Below, piece after piece: positions 1 to 12,000 of a stretch of 32,000 nucleotides of DNA (position 1 is the first letter of the stretch; the number at the start of each line of letters is the position of its first letter). Origin of the DNA: Polynucleobacter necessarius (lineage in GTDB: Bacteria; Pseudomonadota; Gammaproteobacteria; Burkholderiales; Burkholderiaceae). Under the pieces are notes generated by a model. That model searched no databases. It was given only the letters and a program-made list of their open reading frames with translations, and was not told the DNA's origin. The stretch is taken from the NCBI RefSeq assembly GCF_900095195.1, contig NZ_LT606950.1, forward strand, positions 665,206 through 697,205, in the 5' to 3' direction. The translations under genes were made by a program, and so were the position numbers.

Positions 1-254
1 AGATGATTGGATATCATCTTCAGACGGTCATACTCTGGCCCAGAAGTAATGAGTACCCCTTTTTCTTTAGCCTTTTGATTTTGCTCGTTGTAGCCAATGG
101 CTGAAAGTCGATCTACTTCAGCAGCGGAAACGACTAGAAACTGAGAGCGATTGACCCCGACAACTCCAGACCGCGTTGTATTGGCGCAGGCTGAGAGGAG
201 GGAGATAAGAGCAATGCTGAAGAATAACTTACTCCAAACCGATTTGTACTGCAT
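1..254 (-). CDS. M48-family metalloprotease lipoprotein, N-terminal part (the gene runs off the window start)
   Basis: Not in the ORF track because it is cut by the window edge. The reverse-strand ATG (252-254) gives MQYKSVWSKLFFSIALISLLSACANTT..., a signal peptide with lipobox LLSAC. The following ..GVNRSQFLVVSAAEVDRLSAIGYNEQNQKAKEKGVL..PEYDRLKMISNHL resembles N-termini of LoiP/YcaL-like M48 peptidases. It starts 13 bp after the stop of the upstream same-strand gene. Confidence 0.5.
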   Translation of the reverse strand, partial: MQYKSVWSKLFFSIALISLLSACANTTRSGVVGVNRSQFLVVSAAEVDRLSAIGYNEQNQKAKEKGVLITSGPEYDRLKMISNH

Positions 255-267
255 TTAGTCGGATTGC

Positions 268-867
268 TTATTTCTTAGGAGGGGCGATAGAAGCAGCCAT
301 GGCATCGTAATAAATCACTTTCACTTGCTCGCCCACTTTGACATCGGCCAATAGAGTAGGGTTCTTTACGGTCACCGTGGTGATCTTTCCACTTGGACCT
401 TTAACGGAAACCAGTTTTTTATCGCGATTTACTTCAACGATATCTGCAATGATCGTTGTTTTATTTGCAATGGTTTCGGCAGGCTTTTCATTTGCCTTAG
501 AGCTAGTTACTGTGTTGGATTCCACTTTTGAGCGAACACCATCACTTTTCGATTTAATCAATTCAATGGCAACAGCCAACTCATAGGTTACGCTTAATTG
601 GTCACCTTTTTTGATTTGATCAAAGTTTTTGATTTCAGGGCCAGCCACAAACTTCGATTCACCCTCTTTGTTTTTGAACGTAATGGTGCGAGTTTTTTTA
701 TCGACCTTAACGACTGAGCCCTCGTAAAGCTGGTAGGTGTTATCAACCACTGCTGCATCAATCACGGTCGGCTTATTTTCATTCTTTGGTGTTTGCGCTA
801 CAACATGAGATGAAGAGAGAAAAATTGCCGTAGCTGCCAATACGATCTGTGTGAGTTTGGTATTCAT
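268..867 (-). CDS. secreted/periplasmic protein of unknown function with two internal repeats
   Basis: ORF 268-1029 trimmed to the internal Met at 867. That Met is preceded by AAGGAAA and starts a Sec signal peptide (MNTKLTQIVLAATAIFLSSSHVVAQ). The mature part holds two similar ~55-aa segments: VVKVDKKTRTITFKNKEG..IKKGDQLSVTY and IVEVNRDKKLVSVKGPSG..VKVGEQVKVIY. No family assigned with certainty. Confidence 0.7.
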   Translation of the reverse strand: MNTKLTQIVLAATAIFLSSSHVVAQTPKNENKPTVIDAAVVDNTYQLYEGSVVKVDKKTRTITFKNKEGESKFVAGPEIKNFDQIKKGDQLSVTYELAVAIELIKSKSDGVRSKVESNTVTSSKANEKPAETIANKTTIIADIVEVNRDKKLVSVKGPSGKITTVTVKNPTLLADVKVGEQVKVIYYDAMAASIAPPKK

Positions 868-1082
868 TATTTTCCTTGGTTGATGACGGATATCGAAATT
901 CAATATTAGCGTATTTTTATTGGCGCCCCCATGAAAATGGACCATATTTCTGTATCTGAAGAAAAGGGACTGATTTGTTAAGATGCTCCATTCATTTTTA
1001 ATAACCTTGGAAGGTTTCGAGTGCCTCAATTTGCCGATGCTTTTTACTGAGGTGCCTTTTTAGAGCGCTTTGAAAAAGCACA

Positions 1083-1453
1083 TCATGTTGCGTCGTATTT
1101 AAAAAAAAAGAAACCAGGAATATCGTAAAAATTAATGGGCTCGATTAATAAACACAAATTAGCCCTCTCCAATTCTGCTGCCGCATAGCGTAGATTCTCC
1201 GCTTGAGCAGCCATCATCAATGGCGTTGTGCCGTTTGGGCTACGAGAATTAAGTGCCCCGCCATAATGGCCTCCATAATACCTGAAGCTGAAGTGCATAC
1301 CGCACACAATCCAGAAATGCAATAGAAGGTTTATCTGGAAACATCACCATTCTACTCCCCGGGTTAAATGGTGGTGGCCTTGAGCTTGGACAATTGCCAA
1401 ATTTTTTGAATGCTAATGGCTTCGAAACAATAGCTCCTCAGATCGATGGCCAT
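1083..1453 (-). pseudogene. hyi: hydroxypyruvate isomerase-type (Hyi/OtnI TIM-barrel) gene remnant
   Basis: ORF 1083-1322 contains AENLRYAAAELERANLCLLIEPINFYDIPGFF. This matches the conserved ENLRYAA..LLIEPIN..D.PG(F/Y) block of Hyi-type isomerases. Upstream to the ATG at 1451-1453 the homologous reading (..FEAI.., ..LKATTI*PGE*NGD..) is broken by stops and frame changes. Reading ends just after an A9 run (1101-1109). Total length is about half of a normal ~260-aa Hyi. Confidence 0.55.
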
Positions 1454-1460
1454 CTTATTT

Positions 1461-1488
1461 AAAATCAAAAAGCCTCCATATGGAGGCT
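1461..1488 (-). terminator. rho-independent terminator downstream of the tRNA cluster
   Basis: Perfect hairpin AGCCTCCA-TA-TGGAGGCT (1471-1488). On the minus strand it is followed by TTTTGATTTT (1461-1470), 14 nt after the 3' end of tRNA-Asp. Confidence 0.7.
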
Positions 1489-1502
1489 TTTACATTGAAA
1501 TT

Positions 1503-1579
1503 TGGCGGAACGGACGGGACTCGAACCCGCGACCCTCTGCGTGACAGGCAGATATTCTAACCAACTGAACTACCGCTCC
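1503..1579 (-). tRNA. tRNA-Asp (GTC)
   Basis: The reverse complement GGAGCGGTAGTTCAGTTGGTTAGAATATCTGCCTGTCACGCAGAGGGTCGCGGGTTCGAGTCCCGTCCGTTCCGCCA folds as a cloverleaf. Anticodon loop is CTGTCAC and the CCA end is encoded. It is near-identical to canonical proteobacterial tRNA-Asp. Confidence 0.95.
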
Positions 1580-1621
1580 AAATTACCACTCAACTACTAC
1601 CTAAGCTACAGCCAAAAAGTT

Positions 1622-1697
1622 TGGCGTCCCCAGGGGGATTCGAACCCCCGTACTCACCGTGAAAGGGTGATGTCCTAGGCCTCTAGACGATGGGGAC
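1622..1697 (-). tRNA. tRNA-Glu (TTC)
   Basis: Reverse complement GTCCCCATCGTCTAGAGGCCTAGGACATCACCCTTTCACGGTGAGTACGGGGGTTCGAATCCCCCTGGGGACGCCA. Acceptor stem GTCCCCA/TGGGGAC, anticodon loop CTTTCAC, CCA encoded. Confidence 0.95.
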
Positions 1698-1723
1698 CTA
1701 GCAACTACTCTGCTTTGAAATCT

Positions 1724-1799
<76 letters not shown>

Positions 1800-1842
1800 G
1801 AAATCTCGCAATAAAACCACAAGACCATCAAAACAATCCGAG

Positions 1843-1872
1843 ATTTTAGCCTATTTTTGTGCAACTGCGCAA
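1843..1872 (-). promoter_or_regulatory. candidate sigma70 promoter for the tRNA-Ala/Glu/Asp operon
   Basis: The minus strand reads TTGCGC (1867-1872), an 18-nt spacer, then TAAAAT (1843-1848). It sits just after the gltX stop and ~45 nt upstream of tRNA-Ala. Motif match only. Confidence 0.3.
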
Positions 1873-1877
1873 ATTCG

Positions 1878-3275
1878 CTACTGGACGACCTTGGAGAGCC
1901 GATTTAGCGCCTCTTCTTTACCCAGAACAACCAGAACAGAATCAATCGCTGGAGCCTGGGTGGTTGCAAATAATGCATAACGAACCGGCATCGCCAAGGC
2001 TGGCATTTTCAATTGGTGCTGTGATAAAACTTGTTTAAAGGCCGCACCATACCCTTCTTTTGTTTCAGGCGCTTCCCGAATTGCCTCAATTAAATCAATA
2101 AAAGCTGGAACCACTGCTGCAGGTATATTTGCATCGATTTGTTCTTTGCTTAAGTCCGGAGGTGGCAAATAAAAAAGTTTTGCACCCTCAGCAATTTCAA
2201 TCAGTGTATTGGCGCGATCTTTTAGTAAAGCCACAACCTCAACAAAATTTGGACCTGATTCTGTATTGATACCCAGCTCATGTGCAAACGGTTTAGTTGC
2301 CTCTGCTAGCTGAACAGGATCCGCCTGTTGAATGTACTGATGATTTAACCAAAGTAATTTTTCAGGATTGTGTTGTGCTGGCGATCGCCCCAAACTATCC
2401 AAATCAAACCAATTTACAAATTGTTCTTTGGTAAACACTTCTGCATCGCCGTGAGACCAACCCAGGCGTGCCAAGTAGTTCAAGATGGCTTCAGGCAAAT
2501 ACCCTGCTTTTTGGTAGTCGCGCACGCTCATGGCACCATTGCGCTTACTCATCTTTTCGCCAGAGTCATTCAGCACGGTAGGTAAATGAGCGTAAACCGG
2601 GGGTGCCCCACCTAAAGCGCGCATGATATTGATTTGGCGCGGGGTGTTATTGACATGGTCATTGCCTCGAATAACGTGGGTGATGTTCATATCCAAGTCG
2701 TCCACTACAACGCAAAAATTGTAGGTTGGCGTACCATCAGGACGCGCAATGATGAGGTCATCTAATTCGTCATTGGAGATTTCAATTCGCCCCTTAACCG
2801 CATCTTCCCAAACAACGGAACCGCCGATCGGATTCTTGAAGCGAATCACGGGTTGAATACCCTCCGGAATGGGTGGCATAGTCTTTCCCGGCTCAGGCCT
2901 CCATAAGCCGTTATATCGGGGCTTCTCTTTATTGGCCATTTGTTGATCGCGTAAATGATTCAACTCATCTTCGCTCATGTAGCAGGGATAAGCCAAGCCA
3001 TCATCCAACATCTGCTTGATCACTTCACGATAGCGATCAATCCGCTGCATTTGGTAGATTGGACCCTCATCAATATCCAACCCTAACCAAGCCATGCCTT
3101 CAATAATGACGTCGACCGCTTCTTGAGTGGATCGCTCTAAATCGGTGTCTTCAATCCTCAGTATGAAGTCGCCCCTATTGTGGCGCGCGAATGCCCAGGG
3201 ATAGAGGGCGCTACGAAGATTTCCCAAATGAATAAAGCCCGTGGGACTGGGGGCGAAACGAGTACGAATATGCAT
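1878..3275 (-). CDS. gltX: glutamate--tRNA ligase
   Basis: 465 aa with class I HIGH-type motif ([15 protein letters not shown]) and KMSKR, and full-length similarity to GltX. Confidence 0.97.
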   Translation of the reverse strand: MHIRTRFAPSPTGFIHLGNLRSALYPWAFARHNRGDFILRIEDTDLERSTQEAVDVIIEGMAWLGLDIDEGPIYQMQRIDRYREVIKQMLDDGLAYPCYMSEDELNHLRDQQMANKEKPRYNGLWRPEPGKTMPPIPEGIQPVIRFKNPIGGSVVWEDAVKGRIEISNDELDDLIIARPDGTPTYNFCVVVDDLDMNITHVIRGNDHVNNTPRQINIMRALGGAPPVYAHLPTVLNDSGEKMSKRNGAMSVRDYQKAGYLPEAILNYLARLGWSHGDAEVFTKEQFVNWFDLDSLGRSPAQHNPEKLLWLNHQYIQQADPVQLAEATKPFAHELGINTESGPNFVEVVALLKDRANTLIEIAEGAKLFYLPPPDLSKEQIDANIPAAVVPAFIDLIEAIREAPETKEGYGAAFKQVLSQHQLKMPALAMPVRYALFATTQAPAIDSVLVVLGKEEALNRLSKVVQ

Positions 3276-3338
3276 AGACGCTATTATCTCAGGTCAGCCA
3301 AATAGACGGAAAATTCAAAAGAGTGGATACTTTGACCT

Positions 3339-4099
3339 ATGAATGAATTACTTGTTTTTATGTGCGATGGAGCCCCGGTACGCGGGGAAATCGTCTCCAT
3401 TGGTTCCGCATGGCAGGCTTAGAGCGGCGTAACGACCCCCTGCAATTCGTCGAATATTTGATGGAACGCTCATTATTCAAGCCCAAAGTAAAGGCCCAAT
3501 TCAGTTGCTTGTGGTGGAATGCACTTCCGACCTTTCCATGCGTGCAACTGTCAAGCTCAATGCCAAAGTTTCCGAAATTGCAAATGATGCACAACCCCTC
3601 GGTGAGTTATTGGATGCAAGTAATGCAACTTGATACTCGGATTTGGCTTGCTTCGAACGATTCCAACGTAGGCGGCCTATTGCTTCAACGATTACCCAAC
3701 TCTGGTGGTCATGCAAACCTAGATCCAGCAGTTGCTGCAGAAGGATGGTCTCGCATCCAGATGTTAGGCGAAACCATCACGAATGATGAGCTACTGACCT
3801 TATCTCCAGACACTATATTGCGCGCTTATTCTTAGAAGAATCCACCGAGAATGGTGTGCGTAGCTTCCCGGCCCGCCAAATTCGATTTGCTTGCCGATGC
3901 TCGCGCACGAAAAGTAGCAGATGTTCTTCGCATGCTTAGTGAGGAGGAGGTCCAAAGCATTCTTGCCGAACAAGGCGCCGTTGAAACGATTTGCGATTTT
4001 TGTTCAAAGCCGTATCGCTTTAATGCAGTGGACTGCCTTCAGGTCTTCAAAACAGATTTACTGAGTGATGCTACACGGCCGCCTTCAAGCGGCCATTAA
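3339..4099 (+). pseudogene. hslO: Hsp33 redox-regulated chaperone, heavily degraded
   Basis: Hsp33 segments are spread over all three + frames. MNELLVFMCDGAPVRGEIVSIGSAWQA ends at TAG 3420. The next pieces are LERRNDPLQFVEYL and GPIQLLVVECTSDLSMRATVKLN..PLGELLDAS (TGA 3631), followed by QLDTRIWLASNDSNVGGLLLQRLP..ELLTLSPDTILR. Then comes RLFLEESTENGVRSFPARQIRFACRCSRTK in a shifted frame, and finally VADVLRMLSEEEVQSILAEQGAVETICDFCSKPYRFNAVD. That is at least 5 frame changes and two internal deletions (~25 and ~50 codons missing by comparison with typical Hsp33). Confidence 0.85.
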
Positions 4100-4103
4100 A
4101 AAT

Positions 4104-4409
4104 CTATTGTTTTGTCGGCTGAGCCGCTGATGATTTATCGGCAGGCAAGATTTGAACGAAGAATTCACCTTCTTTAATAAGACCATGCTCAACCCGAGCT
4201 CGCTCTTCGATGGCTCGGGTGCCATCTTTCAAGTCTTTAACATCACCTGCAATCTTGGCATTGCGCAGAGCCAAGAGGCTATTCTTAGCCTCTTGCAGCT
4301 CAACTTGCTTTTCCATCTCATACACCTTCAGCCAACCACCCTTACCCAGCCATAGCGGGTACTGAATTGCAATGAGCAATACCAGCATAGAGTAGATGAC
4401 TATTCGCAT
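4104..4409 (-). CDS. ftsB: cell division protein FtsB
   Basis: 101 aa with an N-terminal TM helix plus coiled coil (..WLGKGGWLKVYEMEKQVELQEAKNSLL..ARVEHGLIKEGEFF). It holds the conserved position downstream of eno. Confidence 0.9.
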   Translation of the reverse strand: MRIVIYSMLVLLIAIQYPLWLGKGGWLKVYEMEKQVELQEAKNSLLALRNAKIAGDVKDLKDGTRAIEERARVEHGLIKEGEFFVQILPADKSSAAQPTKQ

Positions 4410-4418
4410 AGATACGTA

Positions 4419-5735
<1,317 letters not shown>

Positions 5736-5747
5736 TCAATATTGAAA

Positions 5748-6611
5748 TTACTTAAAACTATTCTCTAAATACGTTGGGCCAGATTTCACGACAGTATCAA
5801 TTGCAACTAAAGAGCTCAATAGCTCCTTCATACGATTCAACGGAACAGCATTGGGGCCATCTGATGGGGCTTTTGCCGGGTCCGGGTGAGTTTCCATAAA
5901 TAGCCCACCAATTCCCACTGCTACTGCCGCTCTAGCAAGCACGGGAACGAATTCACGTTGGCCACCGCTGGAAGAGCCTTGTCCACCAGGCAATTGCACG
6001 GAATGGGTTGCATCAAACACCACAGGGGCTTGGGATTCACGCAAAATAGCCAAACTACGCATATCAGAAACTAAATTGTTATAGCCAAAAGAAGCGCCAC
6101 GTTCGCAAACCATGAATTGATCGGGAAGATTTTTTTCTTTCGCAGCAGATCTTGCCTTCTCAACAACATTAAGCATTTCATGCGGAGACAAAAACTGACC
6201 CTTTTTAAAATTCACAGGCTTACCGCTTTGCGCGCAAGCACGAATAAAATCGGTTTGTCGACACAAGAAAGCGGGTGTTTGCAACACATCAACCACTTGA
6301 GCTACCGGTGCAATCTCACTGATGTCATGCACATCCGTTAATGCTGGAACGCCAACCTGTTTTTTAACTTTTGCCAGAATTTCAAGCCCCTTCTCCATTC
6401 CTAAACCACGATATGAGGAACCTGAAGAGCGATTGGCCTTATCAAATGAAGACTTGTAGATAAACGGGATTTTTAAAGCAGCGGTGATTTCCTTGAGCTC
6501 GCCAGCGATATCAATAGCAGACTGTTCTGACTCGATGACACAAGGGCCAGCGATTAAAAAGAAACGCTGGTCTAGGCCAATATCGAAACCGCAAAGCTGA
6601 AATGTGCTCAT
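5748..6611 (-). CDS. kdsA: 3-deoxy-8-phosphooctulonate synthase
   Basis: 287 aa with typical KdsA sequence (..[24 protein letters not shown]..). Confidence 0.96.
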   Translation of the reverse strand: MSTFQLCGFDIGLDQRFFLIAGPCVIESEQSAIDIAGELKEITAALKIPFIYKSSFDKANRSSGSSYRGLGMEKGLEILAKVKKQVGVPALTDVHDISEIAPVAQVVDVLQTPAFLCRQTDFIRACAQSGKPVNFKKGQFLSPHEMLNVVEKARSAAKEKNLPDQFMVCERGASFGYNNLVSDMRSLAILRESQAPVVFDATHSVQLPGGQGSSSGGQREFVPVLARAAVAVGIGGLFMETHPDPAKAPSDGPNAVPLNRMKELLSSLVAIDTVVKSGPTYLENSFK

Positions 6612-6620
6612 GAGATTCCT

Positions 6621-8285
<1,665 letters not shown>

Positions 8286-8555
8286 TTAAGCTCTGTTGGA
8301 AAAAATAATTATAACGATTGCCATTGCGATTTTCATAAAACCAAAGCTCATCGGGCCTTTTTTCTATGCCGAAGTGATATTTTATATCCTCCAGGGCCCT
8401 TTTATTGGTCTTTCGAACTTCTGCTGCCTTAAACTTTGATGTGCTTAGGGTTTAGACTCTTATATAAGACTTAAATTTGTAACTATAATGGCCAAATTAG
8501 GGTGAAAATCCCAAAATAACTTACCTTTTGTCGCCATAACCCCATAGGAAACGCT

Positions 8556-11141
8556 ATGTTAGATGCCTATAACGCCCAAGTTGTTGAACGTGCCAAGCTT
8601 GGCATTCCAGCCCCCCCTCTGACTAAAGATCAGACCGCGGAATTAGTGAAATTGTTAAAGAGTCCTCCTGCTGGCAAAGAAGCCGAATTACTCGAACTGA
8701 TTACCAATCGCGTACCAGCGGGCGTTGATGAGGCAGCAAAGGTAAAAGCTGAATTTTTAGATTCCGTAGCGAAAGGTACTGACAAATCCCCGCTAATTTC
8801 ACGCATCAAAGCGACCGAACTTCTCGGCACTATGCTTGGTGGTTACACCATTAAACCATTGGTTGAATTACTTTCAGATTCAGAATGTGGGTCCGTTGCT
8901 GCCGAAGCCCTAAAGAAAACGTTATTGATGTTCGATTACTTTAATGACGTCAATGAGCTTGCAGAAAAAGGTAACGAAAATGCAAAAGCCGTAATGAAGA
9001 GTTGGGCTGATGCAGAATGGTTTACGAGTCGTCTTGCTGTCCCAGAGAGTATGAAATTAACCGTATTTAAGGTGACTGGGGAAACAAATACAGATGATCT
9101 ATCTCCCGCCCCAGATGCGTGGAGCCGTCCTGACATCCCGCTGCATGCAACCATCATGCTTAAAAATCCTCGTCCTGGAATTGAGCCAGATGAGCCAGGC
9201 GTTCGTGGCCCAATCAAACAAATCGCAGCTTTGAAGCAAAAAGGGAAGCAGATTGCTTATGTTGGAGATGTTGTAGGCACTGGCTCTTCACGCAAATCAG
9301 CCACAAATTCCGTATTATGGTGGACTGGCGAAGACATTCCTTTTGTACCAAACAAACGGTTTGGAGGCGTGTGTCTTGGAGGCAATATTGCGCCAATCTT
9401 CTTTAATACCATGGAAGATTCAGGTGCCCTCCCAATTGAACTAGACGTATTCCAAATGAACATGGGCGACGAAATTGAATTGCGCCCATACGAAGGCAAG
9501 GTGATAAAGAATGGTCAAGAAATCGCCAGCTTTTCTTTAAAGTCTCCCGTTATTTTGGATGAAGTACGTGCAGGCGGACGGATTCCGCTAATCATTGGAC
9601 GGGGTTTGACTGCCAAGGCTCGTGCAGCACTTGGTCTACCTGCATCTACAGAATTCTGCCTCCCTGTTAGCCCTCCTGACAACAAAAATGGCTTCAGTTT
9701 GGCGCAAAAAATTGTTGGTCGCGCCTGTGGTCTGCCAGAGGGGCAAGGTGTACGCCCTGGGACCTACTGCGAGCCACGCATGACAACCGTTGGGTCACAA
9801 GACGCTACCGGTCCTATGACTCGCGATGAATTAAAAAATCTCGCCTGCCTTGGATTCTCGTCTGACTTGGTAATGCAATCCTTTTGCCATACATCCGCTT
9901 ACCCCAAACCAGTAGACATTCGCACTCAACATGAGTTGCCACTATTCATGACAAACCGTGGCGGCGTTGCTTTGCGTCCAGGCGATGGCGTTATTCATAG
10001 CTGGTTAAACCGCCTTTTATTGCCTGATACCTGTGGAACTGGTGGTGATAGCCACACACGTTTCCCAATCGGCATTTCCTTCCCTGCAGGATCGGGACTA
10101 GTTGCCTTTGCGGCTGCCACTGGCGTCATGCCATTGGATATGCCTGAGTCAGTATTAGTGCGGTTCAAAGGTAAATTGCAGCCTGGTATTACATTGCGCG
10201 ATCTAGTAAATGCTATTCCGTTATATGCCATCAAGAAGGGTCTTTTGACGGTTGAGAAACAAGGTAAGAAAAATATCTTCTCTGGAAGAATTTTAGAGAT
10301 CGAAGGTTTACCAGACTTAAAAGTTGAGCAGGCATTTGAGTTATCAGATGCCTCAGCTGAGCGCTCTGCAGGGGGTTGCACTGTTCATCTCAATAAAGAG
10401 CCAATCATTGAATATATGCAATCAAACATTGCATTGATGAAATGGATGATTGCCAATGGCTATGAAGATAAACGTACCCTTGGTCGTCGCATCAAAGCTA
10501 TGGAGGCATGGATTGCAAACCCGCAACTCCTAAAAGCTGATGAGAATGCAGACTATGCAGAAATCATTGAAATTAATATCGATGAGATCAAGGAGCCAAT
10601 CCTTGCCTGCCCAAATGATCCAGATGATGTCAAGGTACTTTCCGAAGTTGCTGGCGATAAGATTGACGAGGTCTTTATTGGCTCCTGCATGACAAATATT
10701 GGCCACTTCCGTGCGGCTGGCCAAGTCCTGCAAGGCAAAAAAGATATGCCAACCCGACTCTGGGTGGCACCTCCAACAAAGATGGATGCAATGGTTCTGA
10801 TGGAGGAAGGTTATTACGGCATGTTAGGTGCTGCGGGCGCTCGCATGGAAAGTCCGGGCTGTTCTTTGTGCATGGGAAATCAAGCACAAATTCGCAAAGG
10901 CTCCACCGCTGTATCAACCTCCACACGTAACTTCCCTAATCGCTTGGGGATTGATACTAGAGTGTATTTAGCCTCCGCTGAATTGGCGTCTGTTGCAGCT
11001 TTATTGGGACGCCTCCCTACTCCAAGCGAGTATTTAGAGCAGGTGAAGGCACTAGATTCCAAGGCTGGTGACGTATACAAATACATGAGCTTTGATAAGA
11101 TCAAATCATTTAGTGAAGTTGCGGATACCGTTACTGTGTAA
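8556..11141 (+). CDS. acnB: bifunctional aconitate hydratase 2 / 2-methylisocitrate dehydratase
   Basis: 861 aa with AcnB-specific N-terminal HEAT-like domain and Fe-S ligand regions (..GDSHTRFP.., ..GSCMTNIG.., ..CSLCMGNQA..). Confidence 0.97.
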   Translation: MLDAYNAQVVERAKLGIPAPPLTKDQTAELVKLLKSPPAGKEAELLELITNRVPAGVDEAAKVKAEFLDSVAKGTDKSPLISRIKATELLGTMLGGYTIKPLVELLSDSECGSVAAEALKKTLLMFDYFNDVNELAEKGNENAKAVMKSWADAEWFTSRLAVPESMKLTVFKVTGETNTDDLSPAPDAWSRPDIPLHATIMLKNPRPGIEPDEPGVRGPIKQIAALKQKGKQIAYVGDVVGTGSSRKSATNSVLWWTGEDIPFVPNKRFGGVCLGGNIAPIFFNTMEDSGALPIELDVFQMNMGDEIELRPYEGKVIKNGQEIASFSLKSPVILDEVRAGGRIPLIIGRGLTAKARAALGLPASTEFCLPVSPPDNKNGFSLAQKIVGRACGLPEGQGVRPGTYCEPRMTTVGSQDATGPMTRDELKNLACLGFSSDLVMQSFCHTSAYPKPVDIRTQHELPLFMTNRGGVALRPGDGVIHSWLNRLLLPDTCGTGGDSHTRFPIGISFPAGSGLVAFAAATGVMPLDMPESVLVRFKGKLQPGITLRDLVNAIPLYAIKKGLLTVEKQGKKNIFSGRILEIEGLPDLKVEQAFELSDASAERSAGGCTVHLNKEPIIEYMQSNIALMKWMIANGYEDKRTLGRRIKAMEAWIANPQLLKADENADYAEIIEINIDEIKEPILACPNDPDDVKVLSEVAGDKIDEVFIGSCMTNIGHFRAAGQVLQGKKDMPTRLWVAPPTKMDAMVLMEEGYYGMLGAAGARMESPGCSLCMGNQAQIRKGSTAVSTSTRNFPNRLGIDTRVYLASAELASVAALLGRLPTPSEYLEQVKALDSKAGDVYKYMSFDKIKSFSEVADTVTV

Positions 11142-11186
11142 TTGATGTTTTTAGCCCCGTATTCACAATGCGGGGACTTGAGATAG

Positions 11187-11213
11187 AAAAGGCGATCTTT
11201 TGATCGCCTTTTT
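11187..11213. terminator. bidirectional rho-independent terminator between convergent acnB and the methyltransferase gene
   Basis: AAAA-GGCGATC-TTTT-GATCGCC-TTTTT: a 7-bp GC-rich stem flanked by an A-tract and a T-tract, so it reads as a terminator on both strands. Confidence 0.7.
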
Positions 11214-11225
11214 CTTTACCTGAAT

Positions 11226-11987
11226 TTAGATCGACAATCGCTCTTCTTGTCGTGCATTTGCTTGCCTTAACCCAGTAGACCATGAGTCTGTCAGTAGACC
11301 TGTCTTGACAGCAATCACCTTTGCACGTTTGACCACCTCACTCCAATCAACTTCTAATGCTGGACCTTTAAAAGCAATCGCCACAACATTGCAATCGTGT
11401 GATTCAGGAAAAAGCAACACCCTGTTATTGAACGCCTCACAGATATTCCGAAGATTGACGTCGAAACTTTTATGGCGTGAAAAGAGATTCACAGTCATCA
11501 CACCAGGTCCTTTGAGGATGTTGTAACAGCCCTGGTAAAAATCCAAAGAGCTTGCGGCAGGACCATCACAAATTGCGTCATAGAGATCAACTTGTACAGC
11601 AGCAAATTGCTCATTATTTGTTTTGGATTTAACGAATGCTTTCGCATCCTCCTGAAGTGTTTCGAGCCTACGATCATCATCTGGAGTTAAAAACATCGAC
11701 CTTGCTGCAACGATAACAGCAGGATTGAGCTCAACAACGGTAGTTTTGACTGCAGGACAATGACGATGTTGAAATTTCGCTAAGGCACCAGTACCAAGAC
11801 CCAATTGAGCAATACGCATGCCTGGTCTCGTCTCCAAAAAAAGGATCCAGGCCATCATTTGCTGGTTGTATTCGAGATAAATTTCATCGGGGTCGCGGAT
11901 GCGCATTGCCCCTTGTATTAAATCTGTCCCGAAATGCAGGTAGCGTACGCCACCAATTTCGGAAAAGGTTACCGGCTCCATCAGCAT
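11226..11987 (-). CDS. spermidine synthase-like SAM-dependent methyltransferase-fold protein
   Basis: 253 aa with ..YLHFGTDLIQGAMRIRDPDEIYLEYNQQMM.. and the nucleotide-binding loop QLGLGTGAL. It resembles the spermidine-synthase-like family commonly found downstream of purL in Burkholderiales. The start is 13 bp after the purL stop. Confidence 0.8.
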   Translation of the reverse strand: MLMEPVTFSEIGGVRYLHFGTDLIQGAMRIRDPDEIYLEYNQQMMAWILFLETRPGMRIAQLGLGTGALAKFQHRHCPAVKTTVVELNPAVIVAARSMFLTPDDDRRLETLQEDAKAFVKSKTNNEQFAAVQVDLYDAICDGPAASSLDFYQGCYNILKGPGVMTVNLFSRHKSFDVNLRNICEAFNNRVLLFPESHDCNVVAIAFKGPALEVDWSEVVKRAKVIAVKTGLLTDSWSTGLRQANARQEERLSI

Positions 11988-12000
11988 GAATTAGCGAATA

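Noticed and set aside
868-1029. N-terminal extensions of tracked ORFs (268-1029, 4419-5735, 17105-17785, 24915-25361, 25937-26254, 26287-27105, 29461-29931).
   Set aside because: In each case an internal ATG with a Shine-Dalgarno gives the N-terminus typical for the family (signal peptide, [11 protein letters not shown].., MTKTLLVYLHGF.., MKKTDPEY.., ATGA overlap, and so on). The extensions are upstream non-coding sequence read in frame.
1083-1322. An ankyrin-like motif (NGTTPLMMAAQ) in this ORF, suggesting a second ankyrin remnant.
   Set aside because: The flanking sequence aligns colinearly with hydroxypyruvate isomerase-type proteins (..ENLRYAA..LLIEPIN..D.PGF). The short motif resemblance is coincidental.
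1340-1465. A plus-strand reading GNITILLPGLNGGGLELGQLPNFL.. resembling an alpha/beta-hydrolase N-terminus.
   Set aside because: It is short, has no start codon or Shine-Dalgarno, and lies antisense to the hyi remnant, whose homology explains the region better.
11155-11175. Hairpin CCCCGTAT-TCACA-ATGCGGGG just after the acnB stop as a terminator.
   Set aside because: It is not followed by a T-tract on either strand. The adjacent hairpin at 11187-11213 has the proper A/T tracts and is the better terminator call. The first hairpin may simply stabilise the 3' end.
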